From assembly GCA_965261105.1 (NCBI GenBank), contig CBDHCM010000006.1, positions 4,521,839 to 4,585,838 of the forward strand: DNA of 64,000 nt, read 5' to 3'. This document shows, one piece after another, positions 62,215 through 64,000 of the stretch. The first letter of the stretch is position 1. The number at the start of each line of letters is the position of its first letter. This DNA comes from Candidatus Aldehydirespirator sp. Lineage in GTDB: Bacteria > Actinomycetota > Acidimicrobiia > Acidimicrobiales > Aldehydirespiratoraceae. The position numbers and the translations under genes were made by a program. Below the pieces are notes generated by a model that was not told the DNA's origin, did no database searches, and worked only from the letters and a program-made list of their open reading frames with translations.

Positions 62215-64000
<1,786 letters not shown>

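Overview
High-GC, actinobacterial-type chromosomal segment, read by eye from the sequence and the ORF track, so start codons and element ends are approximate. Many long ORFs in the track are antisense or out-of-frame shadows of real genes. The backbone holds a hemA-hemC-hemD-hemB-hemL operon, a SAM hydroxide adenosyltransferase-like gene, proC, an EamA transporter, and a methylated-amine/C1 cluster. That cluster has a GS-like ligase, a three-subunit glutamate-synthase-like enzyme, two DAO+GcvT dehydrogenases, a non-Pyl MttB and a ferredoxin. Further backbone genes are an EF-G paralogue, ilvE, a two-component system, pheA, an MBL hydrolase, a PP2C/PknB pair, trpG/pabA, an Fe-S oxidoreductase, gpmA and dnaK (open-ended, absent from the ORF track). 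There are four tRNAs: Arg-ACG, Ser-GCU, Ser-UGA and Leu-CAG. Accessory content: (1) at the left edge, a translationally coupled unknown-protein + PLD nuclease + helicase cassette, cut by the window. (2) An AT-richer island abutting tRNA-Ser(GCU) with two tandem paralogous DNA methyltransferase::HNH fusions; one has a degenerate HNH and a HicA-like tail. (3) An AT-richer two-gene island (ABC-type ATPase + small PD-(D/E)xK-like protein) flanked by a duplicated 3' end of the MBL gene. (4) An island flanked by a duplicated gpmA 3' end, carrying an atypical NPPW methyltransferase-like protein. (5) An IS1380 copy with a 5-bp TSD and frameshifted transposase, an IS1380 solo end, an ISL3 copy with an 8-bp TSD, and a 360-bp element with perfect 23-bp inverted ends. 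I also see a ~100-nt intergenic repeat family and a recurrent pattern of short tandem duplications covering gene starts or stops. My best candidates for an undescribed system are the MTase::HNH pair and the ATPase + PD-(D/E)xK pair. No integrase, CRISPR array or rRNA was seen.
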